Below are positions 39,100 to 48,818 of a DNA stretch of 64,000 nt, in pieces. Position numbers and translations under genes: made by a program. Under the pieces are notes generated by a model. That model had not been told where the DNA came from. It worked only from the letters and a program-made list of their open reading frames with translations, and did not search any database. Position 1 is the stretch's first letter. Each line of letters starts with the position of its first letter. The stretch lies in the NCBI GenBank assembly GCA_000146465.1, contig CP001946.1; one strand, written 5' to 3'.

Positions 39100-39423
39100 T
39101 TATTTATCATTTTCGAATAGACCTAGTATCTTAAAGAGGTCTCCCTCGGAGAATCTCTCTTCCATGTCTTCTATTACAAGTTGGAGACAAACAATCGACC
39201 TGGGGTTGAGATCTATCAGTTGTATTGACTCAAACTCTGTCAAGCCCATGTTCATCAAAGCTTCTCTGACCTTTCCGGCCTTATCTCTGGTCATGGAGAA
39301 GGTGCAGAATAGCCTTACCTTTTCCAAGAATTCGGTCTGGCCGGGATGACTTTCCATGGAGTTATCTATTATATCTAATGCATCTATCTTTGACAGTAGT
39401 CGAATTCTCCCCGTTATTTTCAT
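39100..39423 (-). CDS. RNA polymerase Rpb4/Rpc9-family subunit
   Basis: 'LMNMGLTEFESIQLIDLNPRSIVCLQLVIEDMEERFSEGDLFKILGLF' matches the Rpb4 core 'LTEFE.AQL.NL.P....E...LIP'. Confidence 0.55.
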   Translation of the reverse strand: MKITGRIRLLSKIDALDIIDNSMESHPGQTEFLEKVRLFCTFSMTRDKAGKVREALMNMGLTEFESIQLIDLNPRSIVCLQLVIEDMEERFSEGDLFKILGLFENDK

Positions 39424-39495
39424 TGGGAGTATCTGACAAGCGTTAATTTATTAACGGGGGAGATGTTGTAAAGTCTAGAGTTCGACCCATGAAAA

Positions 39496-40656
39496 ATGAA
39501 GGAAACCCGTCCGGAAAGGAGGAGGAAAGATAAATCTGATAGAGCGACAGTAGATAAGGTCCTTGACAAAAGGACCCTGAAGGTCTTGGAGAGGCTGCAG
39601 GCTAGAGGAAAACTAACAAACCTCTGGGGAAGTCTTTGCACGGGGAAGGAGTCTAATGTCTATCTTGCAGAAGCTAGCACATCCCTGTGCAGCAAGTTCA
39701 TCAAGAACAGATATAATGAATTGGAAGAGACTGGAGATTTAGAAGAAATGATTCCGGTGGCTGTGAAGATTTTCAAGACGTCGATTATGTCATTCAGAGA
39801 TAGAGAGAGATACATAAGAAGTGAAAAGCGATTTCAAAGATTTTGCACATCGAATCCACGGAAGTTAATTAAGTTGTGGGCTGAGAAGGAAGTGCGAAAT
39901 CTCAAGCGGCTGGGAAATGCCGGAATCCCCTCTCCAGAGCCCATTTATCTAAAGAACAACATTCTTATAATGACACAGATAGGAAGGCAAGGAGAGGTAG
40001 CACCCAAGTTGCGTGATGCGGAAATAGAAGATATCGAAGGATGCTACTTGCAATGTGTAGAAATAATAAAGAACATGTATAAGAAAGCAGGTCTTGTGCA
40101 TGCAGACTTGTCAGAGTTCAATCTCCTATATTATGAGGGAGTGGTTTATGCGATAGACGTTGGGCAGAGTGTAGAGATTGACCATGATAACGCTCAGAGG
40201 TTTCTGATAATGGACATAAACAATGTCAATAGTTTCTTCGGTAAGAAAGGTGTTAACACAATTAGAGGAAACGATCTGTTTGAAGAGATTACGGGAAACG
40301 TCATTCCATCCTACCTGAAAGACATGGACATTGTCAAGGATGTTTTTATCCCATCCAGGGTTTCTGAAGTGGGAAACCTAGAAGATCTTGTAGCTTTCAA
40401 AGCAGAAAGAGAGGATTCCGAGTCTATGGAGTCTTTATCGTGCCAGTCTTCAATTGAAAGCGAAAGTTGTCTTGAGGATTCCAGTGCAAATCTTGAGGGA
40501 GAAGCAAAAGATGGAGGGGATTCAAAGGAAGAGAAGAAAAAAAAGAAAAGAGCTGTTAAGGAATTGAACCGAATCAGAAGGGCATCGAGAATCAGTAAGA
40601 AGGAAAAGAAAAAGATATTCAAGAAGTATATAGGAATGAAGAAGAGAAAAAGCTAA
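39496..40656 (+). CDS. RIO1: RIO1 atypical serine kinase
   Basis: 'CTGKESNVYLA', 'VAVKIFKTSIMSFRDRERYI', catalytic 'LVHADLSEFNLL', metal-binding 'IDVGQSVEIDHDNAQRFLIMD'. K/E-rich tail. Confidence 0.9.
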   Translation: MKETRPERRRKDKSDRATVDKVLDKRTLKVLERLQARGKLTNLWGSLCTGKESNVYLAEASTSLCSKFIKNRYNELEETGDLEEMIPVAVKIFKTSIMSFRDRERYIRSEKRFQRFCTSNPRKLIKLWAEKEVRNLKRLGNAGIPSPEPIYLKNNILIMTQIGRQGEVAPKLRDAEIEDIEGCYLQCVEIIKNMYKKAGLVHADLSEFNLLYYEGVVYAIDVGQSVEIDHDNAQRFLIMDINNVNSFFGKKGVNTIRGNDLFEEITGNVIPSYLKDMDIVKDVFIPSRVSEVGNLEDLVAFKAEREDSESMESLSCQSSIESESCLEDSSANLEGEAKDGGDSKEEKKKKKRAVKELNRIRRASRISKKEKKKIFKKYIGMKKRKS

Positions 40657-40699
40657 CAGCATTTTAGTTATTAAATTTCTTATTCTATTTTAAACCCAT

Positions 40700-40963
40700 A
40701 TGATTATTGCAGATCTAGACAGAATATCTATCAGCTCGGAGACAAGGCCAAGACAGCAGCATATAGAGGAAGCAAGAAAAATAGTGAAAGCAAACTCGAA
40801 ATACAGGGGAGATCCTGGATATAAGCACTTCCTTGACGAGACAGTCAAAGGTCTTTGCAAAGGATGTAGCAACGAAGACATTTTCCATGTGATCCGATCT
40901 TTGCAGAGGATGATAAGGCCTAAAGCTAGGATCCTTGGAGAGGATTTGTATTACAGAAAATAA
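40700..40963 (+). CDS. small hypothetical protein (87 aa)
   Basis: ATG in 'ttttaaaCCCatATG' context. Charged, non-repetitive. I prefer it over the antisense ORF at 40715..40975. Confidence 0.4.
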   Translation: MIIADLDRISISSETRPRQQHIEEARKIVKANSKYRGDPGYKHFLDETVKGLCKGCSNEDIFHVIRSLQRMIRPKARILGEDLYYRK

Positions 40964-40976
40964 AGATAAACCCACA

Positions 40977-42173
40977 TTAACTTCTTTTAATAGAGAGCTT
41001 AAGCCGCTCCTTATGTATAAGGTGATTACACTTGATTAGCTTGTTCATCACATCATCAACGCTGTCATTCCACTTTCTCTTCCTAAATTCGATAATCCCT
41101 GTCTTTTGATTGATCTTACATTTTGTAAACTTGTTGTTGACCATGAAGGATATCTTTCGGATGACGTTTTCTGAGGAGCTTTGCATCACCATTGAGATCT
41201 CTTGGATGCTGATAGACGAGTAAAACCTTTCAACAATTCTGAAGTTGTGCTCATCGATTACAGAGCCAAGATCATTCAAGTAGATTGAGACATCTAGGAC
41301 AGAGGAAAAGGCCTGTTGTATCTCATTGATCATTGACCTGTCTATAATGATACGTGACAAGAACCTATTTACAATGGATCTGGAAACCTCATCGTTGTTT
41401 TTGTCCAGGCTGAGCTTTCTCAACATTTCTATCCTTCTGTCAACCACATCTTCCATTTCTGTTTCGCATGTTGTTAGGATACAAAAGAACGAGCTCAGTA
41501 CAACATAGCAGGTAGAGTTTTCTCCAAGCTTACTGAGGGAGTAGTAAACGTCGGATGCATTGAAATATCTCCTCTGCCCAAGATGGAGCAATACGATAAG
41601 CTCATAGAACTTGATCTTCTCAGCAACAGTATCGTTCTCTTCAAAGTACTTTCTCCTGATCTTCTTCATGCTTATGTCTGCCCTTATCCAATCTTGGTTC
41701 TGCACACACAGCCTTAGTTGCTCAAGCTGGTAGTTGACCACAACACTTTCCTTAACCATTGTAAATGTTTCCACCGGAACATTTATAACCACATCCAGTG
41801 CACTCTTGATGTCTCCAGACAACTCGTATCTTTTCTTAAGCTCTTCTGTGATGTATATCCTTTCCTCTTCAAGAAAAATCCTCCCTTCAATCACTTCTCT
41901 CAAGATAGAGCTGAAAAACACAACAAACCCTTTCTCTTGCTTCTTCCTTTCAAATAGCTGCCCAATCATCCATTTGATTGCCATTCGGTTCTGGCCTCTC
42001 TTTATTGTAAGGACCCGGGCGAGCCCAACAAGTTCCTCGTCAGACTTACAAAGATTCATCAGGTCTTCAAATGTCTTTAAAAGTGTCTCGTAGTCATTTT
42101 TTACCCTGGCCTTTCTTTCCTTTTCTAAAAGTTCCTCCATTCCCAAGGGCTGCCCAAGATCACAAAAATCCAT
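40977..42173 (-). CDS. RPN5: 26S proteasome lid subunit Rpn5 (PCI domain)
   Basis: 'LEQLRLCVQNQDWIRADISMKKIRRKYFEE' against Rpn5 'LEQMRLCL..KDYIRTQIISKKIN.KFF'. C-terminal PCI/winged helix 'ISIQEISMVMQ...VNNKF..CKINQKTGIIEF'. The track start is TTG; the ATG is 3 codons in. Confidence 0.7.
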   Translation of the reverse strand: MDFCDLGQPLGMEELLEKERKARVKNDYETLLKTFEDLMNLCKSDEELVGLARVLTIKRGQNRMAIKWMIGQLFERKKQEKGFVVFFSSILREVIEGRIFLEEERIYITEELKKRYELSGDIKSALDVVINVPVETFTMVKESVVVNYQLEQLRLCVQNQDWIRADISMKKIRRKYFEENDTVAEKIKFYELIVLLHLGQRRYFNASDVYYSLSKLGENSTCYVVLSSFFCILTTCETEMEDVVDRRIEMLRKLSLDKNNDEVSRSIVNRFLSRIIIDRSMINEIQQAFSSVLDVSIYLNDLGSVIDEHNFRIVERFYSSISIQEISMVMQSSSENVIRKISFMVNNKFTKCKINQKTGIIEFRKRKWNDSVDDVMNKLIKCNHLIHKERLKLSIKRS

Positions 42174-42198
42174 TTCAAACAATAGCTCAACAAAGACT

Positions 42199-42705
42199 TT
42201 AATTCCTGATGTTTTTCCTTGGCTTCCAGAAAATGTTTTCTGGACGGCAGTATGTTTTCATTATAAATGTAAGGAGTATTCCAAAGCTATTGAAGGCCAC
42301 AAACTGCACAGTGAAGTCGGGAATCACAATCCAGTCTACAACCCTGTTCCCCCACACGGCCTTACCTTCGATGACTCCGACGGCTTTGATCACAACGCCT
42401 TCATCAATATAGGGCGAGCACTCCCACACTCTACATAGATTCTTTTCCCAGAGAATGTCAAGCACTCTCTTTCCCTTCAGGCAGAAGATAACAATGGTTG
42501 AAGATTTCTTCTCTACTATTCTATATACAGGCATGGATATAAGGTGTGGTATGACATTTGAAGGATACTCAATGGCCAAGAAGTGTGTGGTTGGATGTGT
42601 GGTTGTGTATCTTATGATGCTCTTGGAACAGTCTGTAGAAATTATCTCGCATGAGAAACACAATACTGACGAGGCCATAACTAACCATCCAAACAGAATA
42701 AACAT
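42199..42705 (-). CDS. signal peptidase complex subunit 3 (Spc3)-like membrane protein (candidate)
   Basis: N-terminal signal anchor. 'RVLDILWEKNL' resembles SPCS3 'QVVLWDKIVL'. Size 168 aa. Confidence 0.4.
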   Translation of the reverse strand: MFILFGWLVMASSVLCFSCEIISTDCSKSIIRYTTTHPTTHFLAIEYPSNVIPHLISMPVYRIVEKKSSTIVIFCLKGKRVLDILWEKNLCRVWECSPYIDEGVVIKAVGVIEGKAVWGNRVVDWIVIPDFTVQFVAFNSFGILLTFIMKTYCRPENIFWKPRKNIRN

Positions 42706-42768
42706 CTAGGGATCCCCTTGGGTGCTTCGCAACTTTCATTTATGAAAAAGGAATGGATGGGGCCCTAG

Positions 42769-45700
42769 ATGAATCCGTTTGCAGAGGACATACAGTTTGA
42801 CCCCAGGCTCTATGAGGTAGTTTCTAGAGCCGGGAAAAAGAATGACAAGACAAAGCTTAAGGGACTTCGAGAGCTAAATGACATGCTGGACGGTGTTGAT
42901 TTAGAAGCAAACATCGATACATTGTTAGAGGTGGTAGAGGATGCAATGAAGTCTCAAGACCTCCAGATAAAGAACCTATCGATCGATATTCTCTACAGGC
43001 TTCTCTCTTCGGTAAAGGATAGGCTGAAGTTCAAGAGGGTGCTCTCTATTTGGCTTTATGGATTTATAGAAAACCCTGTATATTCCACCTCAAAAAAGAT
43101 CTTCACTGAGTTTGTGAGGATTGAAGAATTGGAAGACGAATTCGTGCAGATATTAAACTTTAAGGAAAACCCTGTGCTTGGATTGTCCTGCTTGCAGCTC
43201 CTGGTAAAGAAAGGAAGAAAGGACTACTCAGGAGTGATTTCAGAAAACATCAAGTACCTAGATTTAAACTCTGCAAGGGAGTTGAGGGAAATTTACAAGC
43301 TATGCAAGATGCAAGGGAAGATTGAAGGTCTTTACAAAAAGGTTGTCGAAGTTAGGGGGCCTAATCTTGCAAATCTCAAATGGAAGATTCTCTTAGATAT
43401 ATTTGGTTCGGTCCCAGAGTGTATTAAGAGCGATGGAAAGTATCTTGACTCTGAAACGCTTTCAAGGGCTGTGGAGAAGTTGGATGTATGTGATGATATA
43501 CCGGTGAGGACCATTGATGCACTTCGTATAGTTTTCCCTAAGATTAAGGACAAGAGACATTACATGAAAGGATATCTAAAAAACGGATCTATAGAGGAAA
43601 TATGTATTCTTGAGTTCCTTAACGACTTCCACTTTCTGAACGAGAATGCAGGTTTTGAGACGGTTAACAAACTGATTGAGAATGTGATGAACATCCATTT
43701 TCAAAGCGACAGAGATGTAGAGAAGTCAATCAGCAAAATGAACATAGAGGTTCATTCAGAAAGTTGTCCTTCTCCAAACGAGAAGCTTAGGGAAAGCCAT
43801 GAACACATATGCTCCTTGGACGAATCGGATTTCAGAGGAAGTATTCTTAGAATGCTTTTATCTTCGCTAGATGGGCTCCATGGAAAGAAGAAGATAATCC
43901 GAGCAGATATCTTGGGGATAGAACTTAATCCAGATGAGTTTTCAAAGGAAGAGATAGAGGAAGTGTTTCAACATTCGGTTAATGTGTTTCCAAAGGACTA
44001 TATTCTGAACTCATCTTTTAGCTGCAATCTTCTTCCTTTGGTGCTAAAGTATCCTGAAGATGTAGGAGAAGAAAAAATAAGGAAAACAATATGCAAGGAT
44101 AACCTCTTTCTATTTATTCCTGTGTGCAAGGATCTAGATTTTCTAAGGTCACTTGTATTTTCATATGATAACAGGTCTATAAACGAGATCTATCTATCTT
44201 CGGATATCCCTTCTGAGCTAGATCTGGATTTTTACTACAGACTCGGAGATAAAATAGATAAGCCTAGGATTGTGGACTACAAAAGAGTTCTAGAACAATA
44301 TCTGGACCGTGAGTTCATAAGTGGTATGATTGAGAGTGAAATAATGGACAGAAATGTATTGTACACTACAGTGGTTGAGCAGTTGAGTTTGACAGATGTT
44401 CCCATTAGTACCAGCTATACAAGTGCGTTTTATGATTGGGACGAATGCTTTTATAGAGATATTAAGATTCGAGAGCAATCGCAAATGGTTCTGGGGCTTA
44501 GAGATGTATATATATGTATACACAAGGGGGCTTTGGAGGCATTTCTTCTACTTGTTCTAGATGCCATGTGTGATGATGAGGATGAGTCCTTAGACGAGAA
44601 GCTGAAAAGTATGGGAGTACCTGGTGGAAAAAAAGCATTAGCAGAAAGTGTTCTTGGAAGCCAGTCTGCAATAGAGAAATGGAAAAACACCGATTTGGGA
44701 ACAAATCAGCACTTTGTTGAAAAGGTGTTTTTCGATCTAGGTCTTCCATCGAGAAGATGTGGTGATAAAAAACTTGAGCAACTTCTGGAGGAAGGAGGGC
44801 CACGAGCGATTGATTATGTTTTTAGGAAGCACATCATTCCTCCACGATTTGTTGCATCGGTGGACTTTAGTTATCTCAGTAACAAGGCGCTTATGTATGT
44901 AATCGGTATCCTGGAACGGGGATCTAGGAATGGCTTCCCAATAAGATTTGAGGAATTCCCAGTGGAAGATCTGGAAAGTTGTTTCTGCGTGGATAGAAAG
45001 GCTATAGATACCCATCTTTTAGAGTCTCTCGGGCTGGTAAGGACTCTTGAAGATCTCGGTATAGAAGAAGTTGTCCAGATGATAGAAAAGGATCAGCAGC
45101 TGCAAAGAAAGGAACTTTATAAGAAAAGATACTCCATTTATTCTCCATTGCTAAGGACCATTTATATCCATGTAGCAAATTCCATACTCAACATGTACAG
45201 TATATCGAGGTTGGACATAAACTCTGTCGATGACGAGGTCTATTCTCTCTTAAGGGGATGTCTCTTTGAATCGGAGATTTTGTTCTGGAACCTCCTCCTC
45301 AATTCTCTTCTAACCATCAGAAACATTAGGGTCAATGCCTTCCTAGAGAAGATGGTTGGGAAAAACGAGAAATGGAAGGAATTTCTTCAAGATGCAGATC
45401 TCGAGCAAAGGTCTCTATTTGCATTTGTATTTCCAAATTTGTTTGCCACAGCACCCAAGATGGAGATATTTTTGGACCCGTTTATACTAAAGGAGACGTC
45501 CATAGGAGTAATAGATGTTTCTGCTAAGACCCAGAAGCTTACCAACGGATTCGACATCAGAATTACCTATGAAGCAGGAGGCACTCAATTTACAGCTCTT
45601 ATATCGATTCCATCAGACTATCCATACAAAAAGCCTATATTTACCTCCGAGATGGGAAAGAAAAGTCTTCTTAATCTCAAAATCAACGAGATGATCAAGA

Positions 45701-45954
45701 GATGTTCAAAGTTCATGGAACTTGTGGGGTTGTGGAAGATCAACATTGACGAGAAGCTTTCTGGCCATGGAGAATGTCCCATATGTTATCTCGTCATAGA
45801 CATACATGACTCGTCATTTCCAAATGCCCAGTGTGAAACGTGCAAAAATAAGTTCCATTCACGATGCATTGTAAAATGGGTTGCTGCAGGAACAAGAAAC
45901 AACTGCCCGATGTGCAGGAGACCTATAGAAGTGATTCCAGGAAAGGGTACGTAG
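42769..45954 (+). CDS. LTN1: E3 ubiquitin ligase listerin (Ltn1/Rkr1), ribosome quality control
   Basis: C-terminal RING 'ECPICYLVIDIHDSSFPNAQCETCKNKFHSRCIVKWVAAGTRNNCPMCRRPI' matches the listerin RING almost motif for motif. It is preceded by an RWD-like region and a long helical-repeat N-terminus. 'ggggCCCtagATG' context. Confidence 0.75.
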   Translation: MNPFAEDIQFDPRLYEVVSRAGKKNDKTKLKGLRELNDMLDGVDLEANIDTLLEVVEDAMKSQDLQIKNLSIDILYRLLSSVKDRLKFKRVLSIWLYGFIENPVYSTSKKIFTEFVRIEELEDEFVQILNFKENPVLGLSCLQLLVKKGRKDYSGVISENIKYLDLNSARELREIYKLCKMQGKIEGLYKKVVEVRGPNLANLKWKILLDIFGSVPECIKSDGKYLDSETLSRAVEKLDVCDDIPVRTIDALRIVFPKIKDKRHYMKGYLKNGSIEEICILEFLNDFHFLNENAGFETVNKLIENVMNIHFQSDRDVEKSISKMNIEVHSESCPSPNEKLRESHEHICSLDESDFRGSILRMLLSSLDGLHGKKKIIRADILGIELNPDEFSKEEIEEVFQHSVNVFPKDYILNSSFSCNLLPLVLKYPEDVGEEKIRKTICKDNLFLFIPVCKDLDFLRSLVFSYDNRSINEIYLSSDIPSELDLDFYYRLGDKIDKPRIVDYKRVLEQYLDREFISGMIESEIMDRNVLYTTVVEQLSLTDVPISTSYTSAFYDWDECFYRDIKIREQSQMVLGLRDVYICIHKGALEAFLLLVLDAMCDDEDESLDEKLKSMGVPGGKKALAESVLGSQSAIEKWKNTDLGTNQHFVEKVFFDLGLPSRRCGDKKLEQLLEEGGPRAIDYVFRKHIIPPRFVASVDFSYLSNKALMYVIGILERGSRNGFPIRFEEFPVEDLESCFCVDRKAIDTHLLESLGLVRTLEDLGIEEVVQMIEKDQQLQRKELYKKRYSIYSPLLRTIYIHVANSILNMYSISRLDINSVDDEVYSLLRGCLFESEILFWNLLLNSLLTIRNIRVNAFLEKMVGKNEKWKEFLQDADLEQRSLFAFVFPNLFATAPKMEIFLDPFILKETSIGVIDVSAKTQKLTNGFDIRITYEAGGTQFTALISIPSDYPYKKPIFTSEMGKKSLLNLKINEMIKRCSKFMELVGLWKINIDEKLSGHGECPICYLVIDIHDSSFPNAQCETCKNKFHSRCIVKWVAAGTRNNCPMCRRPIEVIPGKGT

Positions 45955-46012
45955 GCCAGTTCTTTGGTTTCTATCAACAATTTAATTGAATTTTATATCA
46001 AGATCACTGCAG

Positions 46013-47704
46013 CTACTTCCTTGTTCTAATAAACTCTTTTAGTGTTTCTGGATCTAGGCACAACGAATTGTTCCTAAGGAACTTGAATAGCATTTGGAAG
46101 GTCGATGATCTTCTGAATGTTCTGGAATCCCCAATCACCACCAGCCCTTTTTTACACCGGGTTAGAGCAACATTGAGTCTTTTCTCGTTGTCCAGAAACC
46201 CAAATTCGTCTCGGTCGTTGCATCTCACCAGTGTTATTATTATATAGTCTCTCTCCTGCCCTTGAAAGCCATCTACGGTAGAGACCTCTACATCCACCAT
46301 ATCCCGAAGAAGTAATACCTGGGAAGTATAGGGCGCTATGATTCCAACCTCCTCTCCTTGGAGAGTCTCAACAATGCTTTTTACTATCTCAGCTTCCCCT
46401 ATATTGGATTTTGAGACCCCGTCGCTTTCATAAAGCTCGAAGTACTGAGTGTCGACAAACAGAATTAAGCTCTTTCCAAACACCGATGTGTGCTCCTCGG
46501 TGATGCTTTTGACTCGTCCATTATAAAATACTTCGTTACTGAACTTCAAAAGGCCTGAGGGCATTCTGTACTGCTCATTCAAAAGCATAGTTGGAAGATT
46601 AAGGGATTCATATAGAGAGGATGTTTCCGGGCATAGCTGCATGGGGTCACCAACAAGGATGAATGTGCTTCCTTTAGAAACAGCAAGAAAAGACTCGGCC
46701 TCACATGCCTGGCATGCCTCATCAATCAGAACCCAATCGAACTTAGTCTTCTCCTTAAGAGAAGAAAATAACGTGGCAAACACAACAGAGGAGTTTGCTT
46801 GCTTCTCTTCAATGAATTTTTTTTGCTTCTCTCTTTTGTCTTTATAGAAGTTCTTGTCATTTCTCTCTTTCTTCATAAACTTAGTGTGCAACTCTGCCTG
46901 CGAATCCAGGTTCAGGTGGCTAAAACCTTTTTCAGAGCTTCCGAGGCGATAGAAGGAGGGTTGGTTACATGCGAAGTATTTACTCTTCAAAAACCTTTCT
47001 ATAATGTTGTCGACAGACACATTGCTGGGCCCACATACAAGAACCCTTTTGTTGTTGACCAAAAGTTGAGATATTATTTCTACCACTGTTCTTGTCTTTC
47101 CAGTCCCCGGAGGCCCGAGTATTTTGTATGGATTGTTGTATTTTAACATCTCCACTGCTTTCCTTTGGCTTTCGTTCAGAGAGGAGTCATATAGATTGAG
47201 ACTCCAACTCTCAGCTATTTTGCTGTTTCTTATATCCAGAATATCTTTTTTTAGGTTGTGTGCTTCTTTTGCCCCTCTCCATGATTCTACTATGAAATCA
47301 TTGAAAGGTTTCCCCAACTTAACAAATCTCTCAAGATTGTCTAGAAGGACTCTGTTAGTATACTTGAGGTCAAGGACAGCTTCAAAGTCATATCCTTTGA
47401 GCTTTCTATTCCCAACGGCCCTAACTATATCCCCTTCAATTCCCACAACAGTACATCTCACTGGGCCGCTAGGAGTTTGCACGAATAGTTTTTCTTCCTC
47501 CTTCAACACTCTAGATATCTTAGTTCTTCTCGACATTGACACCACCCTCAGGGAATACAAATAAGCTCCTCCTCTATTTTCCATTGAAGCAAGTTTACAC
47601 TTGAACTTGGTTGTTGGGCTCTCCTTTTCCTGGGCTTCCAGAATTCCTTGTAGATCCTTGCACAAGTGATCCAGATATTCCTTTCTTCGGGAATCTATCT
47701 CCAT
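46013..47704 (-). CDS. SF1 Upf1-like helicase (IGHMBP2/Hcs1-like)
   Basis: 'ILGPPGTGKTRTVVEIISQLLVNNKRVLVCGPSNVSVDNIIERF', 'VLIDEACQA', 'LVGDPMQLCP', 'NEQYRMP', 'TVDGFQGQERDYIIITLVRCN', 'LNVALTRCKKGLVVIGD'. No Upf1 CH domain. Confidence 0.75.
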   Translation of the reverse strand: MEIDSRRKEYLDHLCKDLQGILEAQEKESPTTKFKCKLASMENRGGAYLYSLRVVSMSRRTKISRVLKEEEKLFVQTPSGPVRCTVVGIEGDIVRAVGNRKLKGYDFEAVLDLKYTNRVLLDNLERFVKLGKPFNDFIVESWRGAKEAHNLKKDILDIRNSKIAESWSLNLYDSSLNESQRKAVEMLKYNNPYKILGPPGTGKTRTVVEIISQLLVNNKRVLVCGPSNVSVDNIIERFLKSKYFACNQPSFYRLGSSEKGFSHLNLDSQAELHTKFMKKERNDKNFYKDKREKQKKFIEEKQANSSVVFATLFSSLKEKTKFDWVLIDEACQACEAESFLAVSKGSTFILVGDPMQLCPETSSLYESLNLPTMLLNEQYRMPSGLLKFSNEVFYNGRVKSITEEHTSVFGKSLILFVDTQYFELYESDGVSKSNIGEAEIVKSIVETLQGEEVGIIAPYTSQVLLLRDMVDVEVSTVDGFQGQERDYIIITLVRCNDRDEFGFLDNEKRLNVALTRCKKGLVVIGDSRTFRRSSTFQMLFKFLRNNSLCLDPETLKEFIRTRK

Positions 47705-47749
47705 TGACCCCTACATCAGATCAAATTCTATACTACGAAGCCCATTGGA

Positions 47750-48763
47750 ATGAGTGTCGAGCAAAAGCTTCATTTGATTACAAGAAACCTCCAGGAGGTT
47801 CTAGGACTGGAAGAACTGAAAAAAATTGTTTCTGAGAGAAATCTAAATGTTTATTGGGGAACAGCCATAACGGGAAGACCACATATAGCCTATTTAGTTC
47901 CTCTTATGAAGGTGAAAGATTTTCTAGATGCAGGATGTAATGTAAAGGTTCTTCTTGCAGACATCCATGGGTTTCTCGACAATCTCAAGGCGCCCATCGA
48001 AAAGGTTCAGGACAGATGCATATATTACGAAAAGTTGATAAAGTCCTGTTTGAAGATGTTGGGAGTAGACCTTGGAAGAATCCAGTTTATCAAGGGAAGT
48101 GAGTTTCAGAAATCTAACGAGTATACAATGGACTTGTACAAGATCTTGTCCATAACATCTGAGCACGATGCAAAAAAGGCAGGGGCACAGGTTGTCAAGC
48201 AGGTCAAAAATCCGATGGTGAGCTCTCTAATATATCCGGCTATGCAGGCTCTTGACGAAGTGCATCTATCAGTAGACGCACAGTTTGGAGGAGTCGACCA
48301 GAGGAAGATATTCACATATGCCAGGAAATACCTTCCTCTTCTCAACTACGAGAAAAGAATACATCTGATGAGTCCGATGCTCCCAGGATTGAACTCCGAG
48401 AAGATGAGTAGTTCGGACGACCTTTCAAAGATCGATCTTATGGACTCAAAAGAAACCATCTTCAAGAAGATAAAAAAGTGTTTTTGCGAGGAAGGAAACA
48501 AGGAAAATGGGTTAATGAAGATTTTCTCGCATATAATATTTCCTATCTTTCAACACAAGGGAGAGAACGTTAAGATTACGGATAAAGATGGAAGGGAAAT
48601 GGAGTTTGAAAAGTACCAGGAATTCGAAAGCGAATTTGTCAGCAAATCCATCCATCCCGGAGATCTCAAGAGCAACGCAGCAAGGCTCATTGATGGCATC
48701 ATAAGACCTATCCGAGAGGAGATGGAAGAAGATTTGTCTATGGTCAGGCGAGCTTACAATTAA
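47750..48763 (+). CDS. TYS1: tyrosyl-tRNA synthetase (cytoplasmic)
   Basis: 'YWGTAITGRPHIAYLVPLMKVKDFLDAGCNVKVLLADIHGFLDNLKAP' (HIGH region) and 'KMSSS' (KMSKS). Confidence 0.9.
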   Translation: MSVEQKLHLITRNLQEVLGLEELKKIVSERNLNVYWGTAITGRPHIAYLVPLMKVKDFLDAGCNVKVLLADIHGFLDNLKAPIEKVQDRCIYYEKLIKSCLKMLGVDLGRIQFIKGSEFQKSNEYTMDLYKILSITSEHDAKKAGAQVVKQVKNPMVSSLIYPAMQALDEVHLSVDAQFGGVDQRKIFTYARKYLPLLNYEKRIHLMSPMLPGLNSEKMSSSDDLSKIDLMDSKETIFKKIKKCFCEEGNKENGLMKIFSHIIFPIFQHKGENVKITDKDGREMEFEKYQEFESEFVSKSIHPGDLKSNAARLIDGIIRPIREEMEEDLSMVRRAYN

Positions 48764-48818
48764 AGACAGGGCTGATGTTTTACTTGCTTGTTAAAAACAA
48801 ATCTCACATTACCCTGTG

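Noticed and set aside
40715-40975. 86-aa minus-strand ORF overlapping the plus-strand small gene 40700..40963
   Set aside because: The plus-strand ORF has an ATG in a CCC context and a charged composition. The minus ORF is Cys/Phe-rich, as antisense ORFs often are. Only one of the two can be real, and I chose plus.
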